DNA of 32,000 nt from Candidatus Saccharimonadota bacterium (lineage in GTDB: Bacteria > Patescibacteriota > Gracilibacteria > UBA4473): positions 270,001 to 302,000 of the forward strand of contig JACKFV010000001.1 of the NCBI GenBank assembly GCA_020632335.1. The letters are read 5' to 3'. The notes under the pieces were generated by a model. It ran no database searches, was not told the DNA's origin, and saw nothing but the letters and a program-made list of their open reading frames with translations. The position numbers and the translations under genes are program-made. Below are positions 17,584-25,886 of the stretch, in pieces (the first letter of the stretch is position 1; each line of letters starts with the position of its first letter).

Positions 17584-18240
17584 ATGAGCCTGACCACCAC
17601 TATAGAGAGCTGGCTGCCCGTCATTGCAGAGCACCAAACACTAGCGTACGGCGTGCTCTTCCTTGGGTCATACCTGGAGACCATCATCGGTGTGTGCTTC
17701 TTTATCTATGGGGAGGTGTTCTTCTTAGCAGGGAGCATTGCAGCGGGTGCGGGCACACTTGATATCTCTCTGGTGACGGGCGTGCTGCTGCTGGGGGGAG
17801 TGCTGGGAGACATCACCAGCTACTTCCTGGGGGAGTGCTATGGGTATAGGTGGTACCGCGCGCTGGAGCATATTCCCTTCATCCGGCACTACATAACGGA
17901 AGAGAACTACCTCAAGGGCTGCAGATTCTTTGAGCAGCATGGGGCAAAGAGCGTCTTTTTTGCCCGGCTACTAGGCCCTCTCTCCTGGATAACCCCTTTC
18001 CTCAGCGGTATCTACCGCCTGCCATTCCGGTCCTTCCTCCCCTATGACGTGCTGGGGGTTGTCGTCGGCATTGGGCAGTTTATCGTGGTGGGGTACTTCT
18101 TTGGCGTCCACTATGACCGTATCCTCCCCGTGATGTCGGAGTACCTGAGCATCGCCGTAGGAGGCATCCTACTCCTGCTGGTGCTGCGCTATCTCTCCCG
18201 TGCCAGGGCATTCCGTAAAGAACCCCCTGCTCAAGAGTAA
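17584..18240 (+). CDS. DedA / SNARE-associated family membrane protein
   Basis: DedA motifs are present: ETIIGVCFFIYGE and FFEQHGAKSVFFARLLGPLSWITPFLSG. Confidence 0.85.
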   Translation: MSLTTTIESWLPVIAEHQTLAYGVLFLGSYLETIIGVCFFIYGEVFFLAGSIAAGAGTLDISLVTGVLLLGGVLGDITSYFLGECYGYRWYRALEHIPFIRHYITEENYLKGCRFFEQHGAKSVFFARLLGPLSWITPFLSGIYRLPFRSFLPYDVLGVVVGIGQFIVVGYFFGVHYDRILPVMSEYLSIAVGGILLLLVLRYLSRARAFRKEPPAQE

Positions 18241-18257
18241 GGGAAGTAATAATAGTC

Positions 18258-18347
18258 TGGTGCACAGGAGAGGACTCGAACCTCCACGAGAAAAAATATC
18301 TCACAAGACCCTCAATCTTGCGCGTCTACCAATTCCGCCACCTGTGC
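18258..18347 (-). tRNA. tRNA-Leu (anticodon GAG), type II with a long variable arm and genomically encoded CCA
   Basis: The reverse complement folds by hand. The acceptor stem is GCACAGG/CCTGTGC and the D arm is GCG-GAATTGGTAGA-CGC. The anticodon stem CAAGA/TCTTG carries the loop TTGAGGG. The variable arm is GAGA...TCTC, the T arm is GGAGG-TTCGAGT-CCTCT, and the discriminator A is followed by CCA. Confidence 0.88.
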
Positions 18348-18448
18348 ATAAAAGAACCCCCTGCAGGATAGGAGTCCCCACAAAGCTGTCAAAACAATTT
18401 GCCTTCTCTCATAGAGAGGTCTATACAGGTGCCGTACACTCATCTGGT

Positions 18449-20455
18449 ATGGAACAGAGTCCGTTTTTCCTCTATACTCTCTCGTTTTTGCTGCTGCTGG
18501 GCATAGCGTGCATCGTGCAGCTCTTTATGCAGAAGATCCGCCAGCCGGCCAGCCTGGGGCTGCTGCTGACGGGGATTATCCTCAGCCTGCTGCACACCAC
18601 GCCCATTGGGCAGTACTTCGTGCTGGAGTTCAGCCCCGAGCTACTGCTGTATATTTTCCTCCCGACGCTGATTTTTGAGTCGGCCTCCAGCCTGAAACTC
18701 CGTACGCTGCGGTCACTGCTGCCTGAGATTCTCTCACTCGCCACGGTGGGGCTGGTGCTCTTTATCCTCATTATGGGGGTCACGCTACACTATGTGGTGG
18801 GGTTCCGCTGGGCGCTGAGTTTCCTCTTTGCCAGCATCATCGCGCCCACAGACCCCACTGCGGTAGTGGGAGTGCTCAAGCGCATTAGCCTGCCGCAGAA
18901 GCTCCGAACGCTCATCGAGGGGGAGAGCCTGGTGAACGACGGTACGTCAGTGGTGGTGTTTCAGATCCTCCTGGGGGTCATCGTCGCAGCAGAGCTGCAC
19001 TTTACTCCGGGGTTTTTCCTCGTCCAGGCCGAGCATACCTTCCGGCATATCTTCGGTGCGCTAGCAGTGGGGGGCGTGATGGGGGGGGCTTTTCTCCTCG
19101 CGCTGCGTAACACGCACTACCGGCCGGTACAGCTGGCTATTAGCTTCCTGCTGGCGCACAGTACTTTTCTCATTGCGGAGGGGATTTTTCACGTCTCGGG
19201 CATCATCGCTACCCTCACTGCGGGGCTTATCCTCGGGAATCTCATCGGGGGCCGTATGGAAGAAAAATCAGCGGAGATCTTCCACGAAGTGTGGAATTTC
19301 CTCGGGTTTCTCTCCCATGCCATGATCTTCCTGCTCCTGGGGATGAAGATCGGTACGCTGGATTTCCTCCCCTACTGGAAGGAAATCCTGGTCACGAGCC
19401 TACTGGTGATCTTCTTCGGCCGACCGCTGAGCGTACTGCTCAACCTCTGGGTGACTAATCTCTTCCGCCCTGCTGCACAGAAGATCAGCCTCACGCACCA
19501 GGGGATCATCATCTGGGGGGGGCTCCGTGGGGCGCTGAGTGCGGCCATGGTGCTGCTGGTGCCCAGCACGCTCCCCTACGCAGACCTGCTCGTAGTGCTG
19601 GTGACGGGCTGCATTATGCTCACTTTCCTCATCAACGCCACCACGCTGGAGACCGTGATGAAGAAAGTCCACGAGCGCCAGCGCGGCTTCTCAGACTCTG
19701 TGCGAGAGATGGAGACCGATATTCTCGTCGACGAGCAACTGCGCCTGGAGCTAAAAGAGCTCTCAGAGAAGTCACTGCTGTCTCCTCCGGTCTACGCCGC
19801 CATGGAGAAGCGCTATGCCAAGCATGAGCGCAGCACCGCTAAGCGCCTGGCGGAGATACAGAACCAGCTGAGTGGCGAGGAAACCCGTGAGATAGAGAAG
19901 ATGCTGAACTACCACGTGCTGATGATAGAGCTGCAGGAGTACCACAAGCTCTTCCAGCTGAAGGAGATCTCTGAGAAGCGACTGCAGGTGCTGCAGGAGA
20001 GCATCTGGCGGCAGGTAGACCGACTGGAGCTGGATATCCTCCCCGAGGAACACGAGAAGATCGGTGGCAAGACGGCCCCCCACATCCCCAAGCAGTGCCG
20101 CTGGCAGCAGAGTACGCTCTTTGGCCTGCCCTATAAGTGGTGGCGTCGCAAGCGCCAGAAGCAGATCTTGGAGCGGCTAGACCACTACCGCGCACGGGCG
20201 CTTTCGGGCAGGGCTGTCATCCAGCAACTCCAGCACATGCACCAGATGAAGGAGCTCCAGTGCGAGTGGCCTATGATAGACCGTATCATCGCGCGCTATG
20301 TCGCCTGGGTGGCCAACGCCGAAGAGAAGGCAGAGGCCCTGCGGACGGAGTACCCCGAGCTGCTCTTTGAGGCCGAGATGCAGGTGGCCGAGCACTACTG
20401 CTGCCTGCGGGGGCAAGAGCTGCGTGACGAGATCTCCGCCATGCGCCACGCCTAA
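18449..20455 (+). CDS. Na+/H+ antiporter, CPA1 (NhaP-type) with a long helical cytoplasmic C-terminal domain
   Basis: There are roughly 11-12 TM segments with FASIIAPTDP and GESLVNDGTSVVVF motifs. The start is set at ATG 18449 because the listed start at 18200 runs through the tRNA gene. Confidence 0.85.
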   Translation: MEQSPFFLYTLSFLLLLGIACIVQLFMQKIRQPASLGLLLTGIILSLLHTTPIGQYFVLEFSPELLLYIFLPTLIFESASSLKLRTLRSLLPEILSLATVGLVLFILIMGVTLHYVVGFRWALSFLFASIIAPTDPTAVVGVLKRISLPQKLRTLIEGESLVNDGTSVVVFQILLGVIVAAELHFTPGFFLVQAEHTFRHIFGALAVGGVMGGAFLLALRNTHYRPVQLAISFLLAHSTFLIAEGIFHVSGIIATLTAGLILGNLIGGRMEEKSAEIFHEVWNFLGFLSHAMIFLLLGMKIGTLDFLPYWKEILVTSLLVIFFGRPLSVLLNLWVTNLFRPAAQKISLTHQGIIIWGGLRGALSAAMVLLVPSTLPYADLLVVLVTGCIMLTFLINATTLETVMKKVHERQRGFSDSVREMETDILVDEQLRLELKELSEKSLLSPPVYAAMEKRYAKHERSTAKRLAEIQNQLSGEETREIEKMLNYHVLMIELQEYHKLFQLKEISEKRLQVLQESIWRQVDRLELDILPEEHEKIGGKTAPHIPKQCRWQQSTLFGLPYKWWRRKRQKQILERLDHYRARALSGRAVIQQLQHMHQMKELQCEWPMIDRIIARYVAWVANAEEKAEALRTEYPELLFEAEMQVAEHYCCLRGQELRDEISAMRHA

Positions 20456-20515
20456 GGGCTTTGACACCCCTGCCCCCCCGGGTATACCTGAGGCTGCATC
20501 TTCTCTTAGCGCGTC

Positions 20516-22828
20516 ATGAAACACCTGGTTATCGTCGAGTCCCCCGCCAAAGCCAAGACCATAGAGCAGTACCTGGGGAAGGATTACACGGTTATGAGCT
20601 CCTTTGGGCACATCCGTGACCTGCCCAAGAGCGGGCTGAATATCGACATCAGTGATAACTTCACGCCGTACTATGAGGTGACCGCGGACAAAAAAAAGGT
20701 AGTACGAGAGCTGAAAGCCGCAGCCAAGAAGGCCGATACCGTGTGGCTCGCCAGCGATGAAGACCGTGAAGGAGAGGCCATCGCCTGGCATCTCTCGGTG
20801 GCGCTCAGCCTGCCGGAGGAGAAGACCCGGCGTATTGTCTTCCATGAGATCACGAAAAGCGCCATCCTCCACGCTATAGAGACCCCGCGCAGTATCGCCA
20901 TGCCGCTAGTGGACGCGCAGCAGTCGCGCCGCGTGCTAGACCGCCTGGTGGGCTATGAGCTGAGCCCGGTACTGTGGAAGAAGATCCGCACGGGGCTGAG
21001 CGCCGGCCGGGTACAGAGCGTGGCGGTGCGGCTGATCGTCGACCGTGAAGCCGAGCGTGACGCGCATAAGAGCCTGAGCAGCTACCGCGTGACGGGGGAT
21101 TTCAGCACAGCGGACTATACCGTGAGCGCCGAGCTGAACCAGAAACTGGAGGACATCCCCGCTGCGGAGCGCTTCCTCACCCACTGCATGCGCGCTGTGT
21201 TCACCGTGGGGGAGGTAGTCAGCCGCCCCACCAAGCGCACGCCTGCCGCACCCTTCACTACGTCTACGCTGCAGCAAGACGCGCACCGGAAGTTCGGCTA
21301 TAGCGTGAAGCAGACCATGCAGCTGGCGCAGCGCCTGTATGAGGCCGGGCACATCACCTATATGCGTACGGATTCGGTGAACCTGAGCACCCTCGCCCTC
21401 AGTATGGCGGAGAAGCTCATCACCCGGGAGTACGGGAAACCCTACCACAAGCGCCGCACCTACACCACCAAGAGCGCCAACGCCCAAGAAGCGCACGAGG
21501 CTATACGCCCCACCGACCTCAGCCGAGAAACCGCCGGGAGCGACGACCAGCAGCGCCGGCTCTATGACCTCATCCGCAAGCGCACGCTGGCCAGCCAGAT
21601 GGCCGACGCCGAGATAGAGCGCACCACGGCGCACATCACCATCAGTGAGGAGGAGCGCTATTTCATCGCCAAGGGGGAGGTGATTACCTTTGAGGGATTC
21701 TTGGCGGCGTATGAGGTAAGTACCGATGACGAAGCGCAGGACGCCAAACGCCTGCCGCCCCTCCGCACGGGGCAGGTACTCACGCGGGAGGAGATCACCG
21801 CCCGTGAGCGCTTCTCTCAGCCGCCGGCTCGCTACTCCGAGGCCACCCTGGTGAAGGCCCTGGAGGAGTATGGCATCGGCCGGCCGTCTACCTACGCGCC
21901 GACCATCAGCACCATTCTCAGCCGCGGATACGTGGAGAAGGGCCAGAGCGAGGGTGAGGAGCGCCCCTACACCGTGCTGACGCTGCAGGAGAGCACCATA
22001 ACCCAGACCCGCCCGAGCGAGAAAACCGGTAGTGACAAGGGTAAACTGGTGCCTACGGAGATCGGGAAAATCGTGAATCAATTCCTGGTGGAGCACTTTG
22101 GGGAGGTGGTGGACTACCAGTTCACGGCTAAGATGGAGGAGAGCTTTGACGAAATTGCGCAGGGCAACGTAGCCTGGCAACAACCCGTGCGGGAGTTCTA
22201 CGCGCCCTTCCATGCGCTCATAGAGCAGTCGGCGGATATCAAGCGAGAAGAGGTACTGCAGGTACGGCAGCTGGGCACAGACCCGAAATCCGGCCGACCG
22301 GTATTCGTGCGCATGGCGCGCTTTGGCCCCGTGGTGCAGGTGGGCACTAAGGACGACGAGGAGAAGCCCGTATTTGCCAGTCTGCTGCCGGGGCAGAGCA
22401 TGGATACCCTCACCTTTTCCCAGGCGATGACGCTGCTTGCCCTCCCCAGGGTCGTGGGTACCACCGCTGACGGACAGGAGATAAAAGCCAACTTCGGGCG
22501 CTTTGGCCCCTATGTGCAGGTGGGGTCGCTCTACGCCAGCATCCCCAAAGGCAGTGACCTCACGCCCTTCACCATAGACGAAGCTAGCGCCCGAGCGCTC
22601 ATCACCGAGAAGCAAGAGAAGGAGGCCAATAAGTACATTAAGGTGTTTGAGGGCAGTACGCTGCAGATCCTCAACGGGCACTGGGGGCCCTACATCCGCG
22701 ACACCAAGGGGAAGAAAAACGCCAAACTCCCCAAGGACATCACCGACCCCAGCAGCCTGACCCTGGCCGAGGCCGAGAAGATCTACGCCGAGTACAGCCC
22801 CAAGCGTCGCCCGAAGAAGAAATCCTAG
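20516..22828 (+). CDS. topA: DNA topoisomerase I
   Basis: The TOPRIM N-terminus is LVIVESPAKAKTIEQYLG and the active-site Tyr lies in GHITYMRTDS. The C-terminus has zinc-free repeats (ARFGPVVQVG and GRFGPYVQVG) and a Lys-rich tail. Confidence 0.95.
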   Translation: MKHLVIVESPAKAKTIEQYLGKDYTVMSSFGHIRDLPKSGLNIDISDNFTPYYEVTADKKKVVRELKAAAKKADTVWLASDEDREGEAIAWHLSVALSLPEEKTRRIVFHEITKSAILHAIETPRSIAMPLVDAQQSRRVLDRLVGYELSPVLWKKIRTGLSAGRVQSVAVRLIVDREAERDAHKSLSSYRVTGDFSTADYTVSAELNQKLEDIPAAERFLTHCMRAVFTVGEVVSRPTKRTPAAPFTTSTLQQDAHRKFGYSVKQTMQLAQRLYEAGHITYMRTDSVNLSTLALSMAEKLITREYGKPYHKRRTYTTKSANAQEAHEAIRPTDLSRETAGSDDQQRRLYDLIRKRTLASQMADAEIERTTAHITISEEERYFIAKGEVITFEGFLAAYEVSTDDEAQDAKRLPPLRTGQVLTREEITARERFSQPPARYSEATLVKALEEYGIGRPSTYAPTISTILSRGYVEKGQSEGEERPYTVLTLQESTITQTRPSEKTGSDKGKLVPTEIGKIVNQFLVEHFGEVVDYQFTAKMEESFDEIAQGNVAWQQPVREFYAPFHALIEQSADIKREEVLQVRQLGTDPKSGRPVFVRMARFGPVVQVGTKDDEEKPVFASLLPGQSMDTLTFSQAMTLLALPRVVGTTADGQEIKANFGRFGPYVQVGSLYASIPKGSDLTPFTIDEASARALITEKQEKEANKYIKVFEGSTLQILNGHWGPYIRDTKGKKNAKLPKDITDPSSLTLAEAEKIYAEYSPKRRPKKKS

Positions 22829-22850
22829 GTCTGGAGTAGCCGGTAAAGTC

Positions 22851-22890
22851 TGCAGACAGGGCAAGTCTGCATTGACGATTTTCTCGTTTT
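22851..22890 (+). terminator. candidate intrinsic terminator downstream of topA
   Basis: The stem TGCAGAC (22851-22857) pairs with GTCTGCA (22865-22871) across the 7-nt loop AGGGCAA. The T-rich tract TTGACGATTTTCTCGTTTT follows. The stem is short and the T-tract is interrupted. Confidence 0.3.
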
Positions 22891-22900
22891 AGGGTATAGA
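22872..22900 (+). promoter_or_regulatory. sigma70-type promoter predicting a leaderless or near-leaderless mRNA for the kinase/formyltransferase-like fusion gene
   Basis: TTGACG (22872-22877), 17 nt, TATAGA (22895-22900), 8 nt, then ATG at 22909. Confidence 0.45.
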
Positions 22901-22908
22901 GAGAGGGT

Positions 22909-24027
22909 ATGAAGAAGCAGAATATTATCCTCATCGGGTTCCACGGATGTGGGAAAGAACTCTTCGGGAAGGAGCTGGCACGGCAGCTGGATTTGCCCTA
23001 CGCGGAGCTGGATACCGAAGTGGAGTACCTTATCGGGTGGAAGACCCTGCCCTTTGTGGAGGCCTTTGGCTGGCAGGTATATAAGGAGCTGGAACAGCGC
23101 GTGGTGCATGATTTCTCACGGAACTTCAGTGGCGTGGTGGCCAGTGGCGTGACCACAGTGGAGAACAGCAAGAACCTGGATAACCTGCAGAAGACCGGGT
23201 TTTTCCTCTTCCTCAAGCCGGACTTTGAGCAGATAAAGCAGCGCATCCTCGAGAAAGAGGTGCACTATCCGCTCATGCGCCTGCACCCCATGATGAGCCT
23301 GGAGCAGGAGCTGGAGATCATGTGGAACCAGCGCAAAGACATCTATAGCGCCATAGCCGACAAAGAAGTGGTATATGACCTGGACGGCGACATCACCGCT
23401 GAGGTAGCCAAAGTAGTGGAGGGGCTGGATACCTTCGAGAAGCCGCACGCACTGGGCAGCAAGAGCGTGGTATTCTTCTGCGACCGGCACGTGCAGCAGC
23501 TGGAGGAGCTGGTGAAGCTGCAGAGCCGCGGGCGCATCCCTCACCTGGACGTGCAGGCTATCGTGACTACCACCCCGTCTGAGGCGCTGGAGCAGCACGC
23601 CAAGGCGCTGAATACCCGGCATCTCATTCACCTCAGCCAAGACGGCACCGATAGCGACAGCTACCACCGAGAGATCCTCGGGATTATCCGTGAGTATCAG
23701 CCTGATGGCGTGGTGCTGAAGAGCTGGAGTGAGGATTTCTCGCCCCTGTACCTGGACCAATACGGCGAATTCACCTATAAGATCTACCCCTGGATAGAGC
23801 CCAAAATGCGCGATATGGACCGCGATGCCATTTTTTATAACCTCATAGACGATGCACACAAGTACGCCGGGGTGACCATACAACGGCTGCAGGGCATGAG
23901 CGGCGACAGCGAGAATGTGCTCCAGCGCAAGATCCTCATCCAGACCGACCACACCCCAGAGACGCTCCGTGCGAGCATAGAGCGCCAAGAGGCCCTGGGG
24001 GTCTGTGAACTGCTGGAGCGACGCTAG
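22909..24027 (+). CDS. fusion protein: shikimate-kinase-like P-loop domain plus PurN/formyltransferase-N-like domain, both with non-canonical catalytic residues
   Basis: Residues 1-175 are collinear with AroK (IILIGFHGCGKELFGKELARQLDLPYAELDTEVE). Residues 185-370 are collinear with PurN (VVLKSWSEDFSPLYL...KIYPWIEP compared with VVLAGFMRILSP.F....NIHPSLLP). Confidence 0.7.
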   Translation: MKKQNIILIGFHGCGKELFGKELARQLDLPYAELDTEVEYLIGWKTLPFVEAFGWQVYKELEQRVVHDFSRNFSGVVASGVTTVENSKNLDNLQKTGFFLFLKPDFEQIKQRILEKEVHYPLMRLHPMMSLEQELEIMWNQRKDIYSAIADKEVVYDLDGDITAEVAKVVEGLDTFEKPHALGSKSVVFFCDRHVQQLEELVKLQSRGRIPHLDVQAIVTTTPSEALEQHAKALNTRHLIHLSQDGTDSDSYHREILGIIREYQPDGVVLKSWSEDFSPLYLDQYGEFTYKIYPWIEPKMRDMDRDAIFYNLIDDAHKYAGVTIQRLQGMSGDSENVLQRKILIQTDHTPETLRASIERQEALGVCELLERR

Positions 24028-24926
24028 AGCTGGATGCGTATGCCGCCCTCATCGTCAAAGCGCTTCTCTATCACCCGGTCGCGCAGGGGTCTGGTGGTGG
24101 GAATGGGTGTCTCTTCCAGAGCGTGCCGCTCGGCCTCCAGCGCTGCTAGGCGTGCCCGGAGTGCATCAAGGTCCTCTGCCACTGGGGGGGGAGAATGCAC
24201 CGGGGCTGTCGGCTGCAGTGGCAGCTCCTGCGCGGTCTCAGTGCCCGTGACGTGCCGGCCGATGAGATTGGTCAGCAGGCTCTTGATGCCCGTGTCCTCC
24301 TGCAGATTCTTCTGGTGGACCATACGCTCGCAATAGGCCTCTATGCGCTTAGCGACGCGGTCTGGGTGGGGGAGTTTATCAAAGATATGGATATCCCCCC
24401 CAGCGGCCTTGAGGAAGTGGAGCGTCCCGTAGCCGTAGACAAAGGCGCGCCAGCCACGCTTCTCCACGGCTATTTCATCGAGGTTCCAGTAGTCTATCCG
24501 CACTGCGCGGCGGTTGAGAAAGCTCTGCCACTCCACAATCATGAGGTTAGCGTTGGTCAGCAGCAGGGCATTAAACCACCACCACAGCAGGTGCCGGAGG
24601 ATTTTTACTCCCCCCAGAGCGAGCAAAAAGAGTGTCACCAGCAGCAGCCCCTGCCGCACCTGCTGGCTATAGATGGGACACTGCACGGCGTCAGAGTAGA
24701 GCGAAAACCGGGCGCTGAGGCCCTCGCCGCAGTTGTAGGGGTAGAAGTAGTAGAGCAGCCCCGCCAGCACAAAGAAGACACAGGCGCTGAGCAGTATGCG
24801 GCTGAGCGTGAAGGTCAGGCGCTTGCGGTACACGGCCTCCACGTACTCCTCGGCCTCCAGCATGCCCCCAAACCCCAGGTAGCCGTGGGTCAGCGGACGA
24901 AGCCAGGCACGCAGCGCGTTGATCAT
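24024..24926 (-). CDS. membrane-flanked bacterial PH domain (bPH_2/YdbS-like) protein with a C-terminal coiled coil
   Basis: Two TM helices are followed by LLTNANLMIVEW...RAFVYGYGTLHF, and the tail contains DLDALRARLAALEAERHALEE. Its ATG abuts the rluD stop codon (TAGATG). Confidence 0.55.
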   Translation of the reverse strand: MINALRAWLRPLTHGYLGFGGMLEAEEYVEAVYRKRLTFTLSRILLSACVFFVLAGLLYYFYPYNCGEGLSARFSLYSDAVQCPIYSQQVRQGLLLVTLFLLALGGVKILRHLLWWWFNALLLTNANLMIVEWQSFLNRRAVRIDYWNLDEIAVEKRGWRAFVYGYGTLHFLKAAGGDIHIFDKLPHPDRVAKRIEAYCERMVHQKNLQEDTGIKSLLTNLIGRHVTGTETAQELPLQPTAPVHSPPPVAEDLDALRARLAALEAERHALEETPIPTTRPLRDRVIEKRFDDEGGIRIQL

Positions 24927-25886
24927 CTACCTCATGGTAGTGAGATCTCTGAGCCTGTCTATGCCCGCGGTCACCTCCTCTTGCCCTCCTCCCGCAGCGG
25001 TGAGGCAGAAGGGGTCATATACCCACTGACGATGCGAGGGCGCGTCGGGATTATCAAAGCCCAGCGCCGTAGCATAGAGCCGCAGTCCTTGGCTAGAGGC
25101 CTCCCCGCCATAGAGCGCATCCCCCACAATGGGAAAGCCGAGTGACGAGAGATGCACGCGTATCTGGTGTGTACGCCCGGTGTGCAACCGACAGAGTAGG
25201 AGCGCGGTACTCCCCTGCTGCTGCAGCCGGAGGAAACTGGTGCGCGCGGGTTTGGCGTCGGGGTGGGTGTCGTCTACCATCATGCGCTGGCGGCGTAGCG
25301 GGTCACGGCGTATACCGGCCTCTATAACCCCCTGCGGCGGTGGCGTGCCGTGTATCCAGGCCAGATAGTACTTCTCCACACTGCCCCACTGAGACTGCAG
25401 CTGCGCGTGCGTAGCGGTCGTTTTGGCCACCAGTATGAGCCCCATGGTGGGCTTATCAATGCGGTGGACGAGCCCCGGGCGCTCCACCACCTGGCCCTCT
25501 ATGAGGTCCGTAGCCTGGCTGAGCCCCGTGCCAAAGTGGTGCACGAGGATATTCACCAGCGTCTGCTGCCCGGGCTGGGAGGGGCTGGGGTGCATGGCGA
25601 TGCCCGCGGGCTTATGCACCACGCACCAGGTGTCGCTATCGGCCAGTATCTCTAGCGGGGCGGCGTAGGGGAGCAGCTTCCCACTCAGGCGCTGCCCCGG
25701 TGTGCAGGCTACCTCCCACACCTGTCCCTCTTGTACGCGTGTCTTGGGTTTCTGTAGTTGCGCCGCGTGGGTAAAGACCCCCTGGGCCGTCCAGCGGCTA
25801 CGAGAAATAGCCGGAAATCGCTCAGCGCACACGGCGTCTATGCGGGTACTGGCCTCCGCAGCGGTGATGGTGATAGTCTGCCTCAT
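24927..25886 (-). CDS. rluD: RluA-family (RluD-like) 23S rRNA pseudouridine synthase
   Basis: It has an N-terminal S4-like domain, the catalytic motif HRIDKPTMGLILVAKT, and HTGRTHQIRVHL. Confidence 0.88.
   Translation of the reverse strand: MRQTITITAAEASTRIDAVCAERFPAISRSRWTAQGVFTHAAQLQKPKTRVQEGQVWEVACTPGQRLSGKLLPYAAPLEILADSDTWCVVHKPAGIAMHPSPSQPGQQTLVNILVHHFGTGLSQATDLIEGQVVERPGLVHRIDKPTMGLILVAKTTATHAQLQSQWGSVEKYYLAWIHGTPPPQGVIEAGIRRDPLRRQRMMVDDTHPDAKPARTSFLRLQQQGSTALLLCRLHTGRTHQIRVHLSSLGFPIVGDALYGGEASSQGLRLYATALGFDNPDAPSHRQWVYDPFCLTAAGGGQEEVTAGIDRLRDLTTMR

Noticed and set aside
18200-18448. The N-terminal 83 codons of the listed 751-aa ORF for the antiporter.
   Set aside because: This extension runs straight through the tRNA-Leu gene on the opposite strand and encodes no hydrophobic segment. 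The first TM helix begins right after the ATG at 18449 (MEQSPFFLYTLSFLLLLG), which also has a TACACT -10-like hexamer 8 nt upstream.
20461-20488. A TTGACA-16-TATACC promoter-like element upstream of topA, with a GGGTAT half-site resembling the CsoR operator.
   Set aside because: Only one half of the palindrome is present (CCCGGGTATACC), so it is not a credible second operator. The promoter would give a 27-nt leader, unlike the other genes, and I could not support it further.
20936-22864. A 642-aa ORF on the minus strand, antisense to topA.
   Set aside because: It lies entirely opposite a gene whose identity as topoisomerase I is unambiguous. Its translation is Arg/Gly/Leu/His/Ala-rich junk typical of antisense frames in GC-rich DNA. 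It has no recognisable motif and no promoter geometry like that of the real genes.
22909-23450. Calling the N-terminal domain a functional shikimate kinase (aroK).
   Set aside because: The Walker A motif is GCGKE rather than GxGK(S/T), the shikimate-binding GGG is GVT, and the domain is fused to a degenerate PurN-like module. Assigning the aroK gene symbol would be unsupported.
24024-24027. Convergent genes sharing the palindromic tetranucleotide CTAG as stop codons on both strands, together with the 12-nt convergent overlap at 6179-6190.
   Set aside because: These are real but trivial consequences of tight packing. There is no evidence of regulatory significance.
1383-25145. Other long antisense ORFs in the track: 1383-2264(-), 6245-7027(+), 10871-11662(+), 11846-12754(+), 16055-16591(-), 20177-20872(-), 23116-23988(-) and 24195-25145(+). 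The many 60-190-aa overlapping ORFs belong in the same group.
   Set aside because: Each lies opposite or out of frame with a gene that has clear family motifs. All show the low-complexity R/G/A/H/P-rich translations expected from stop-codon depletion in GC-rich sequence.
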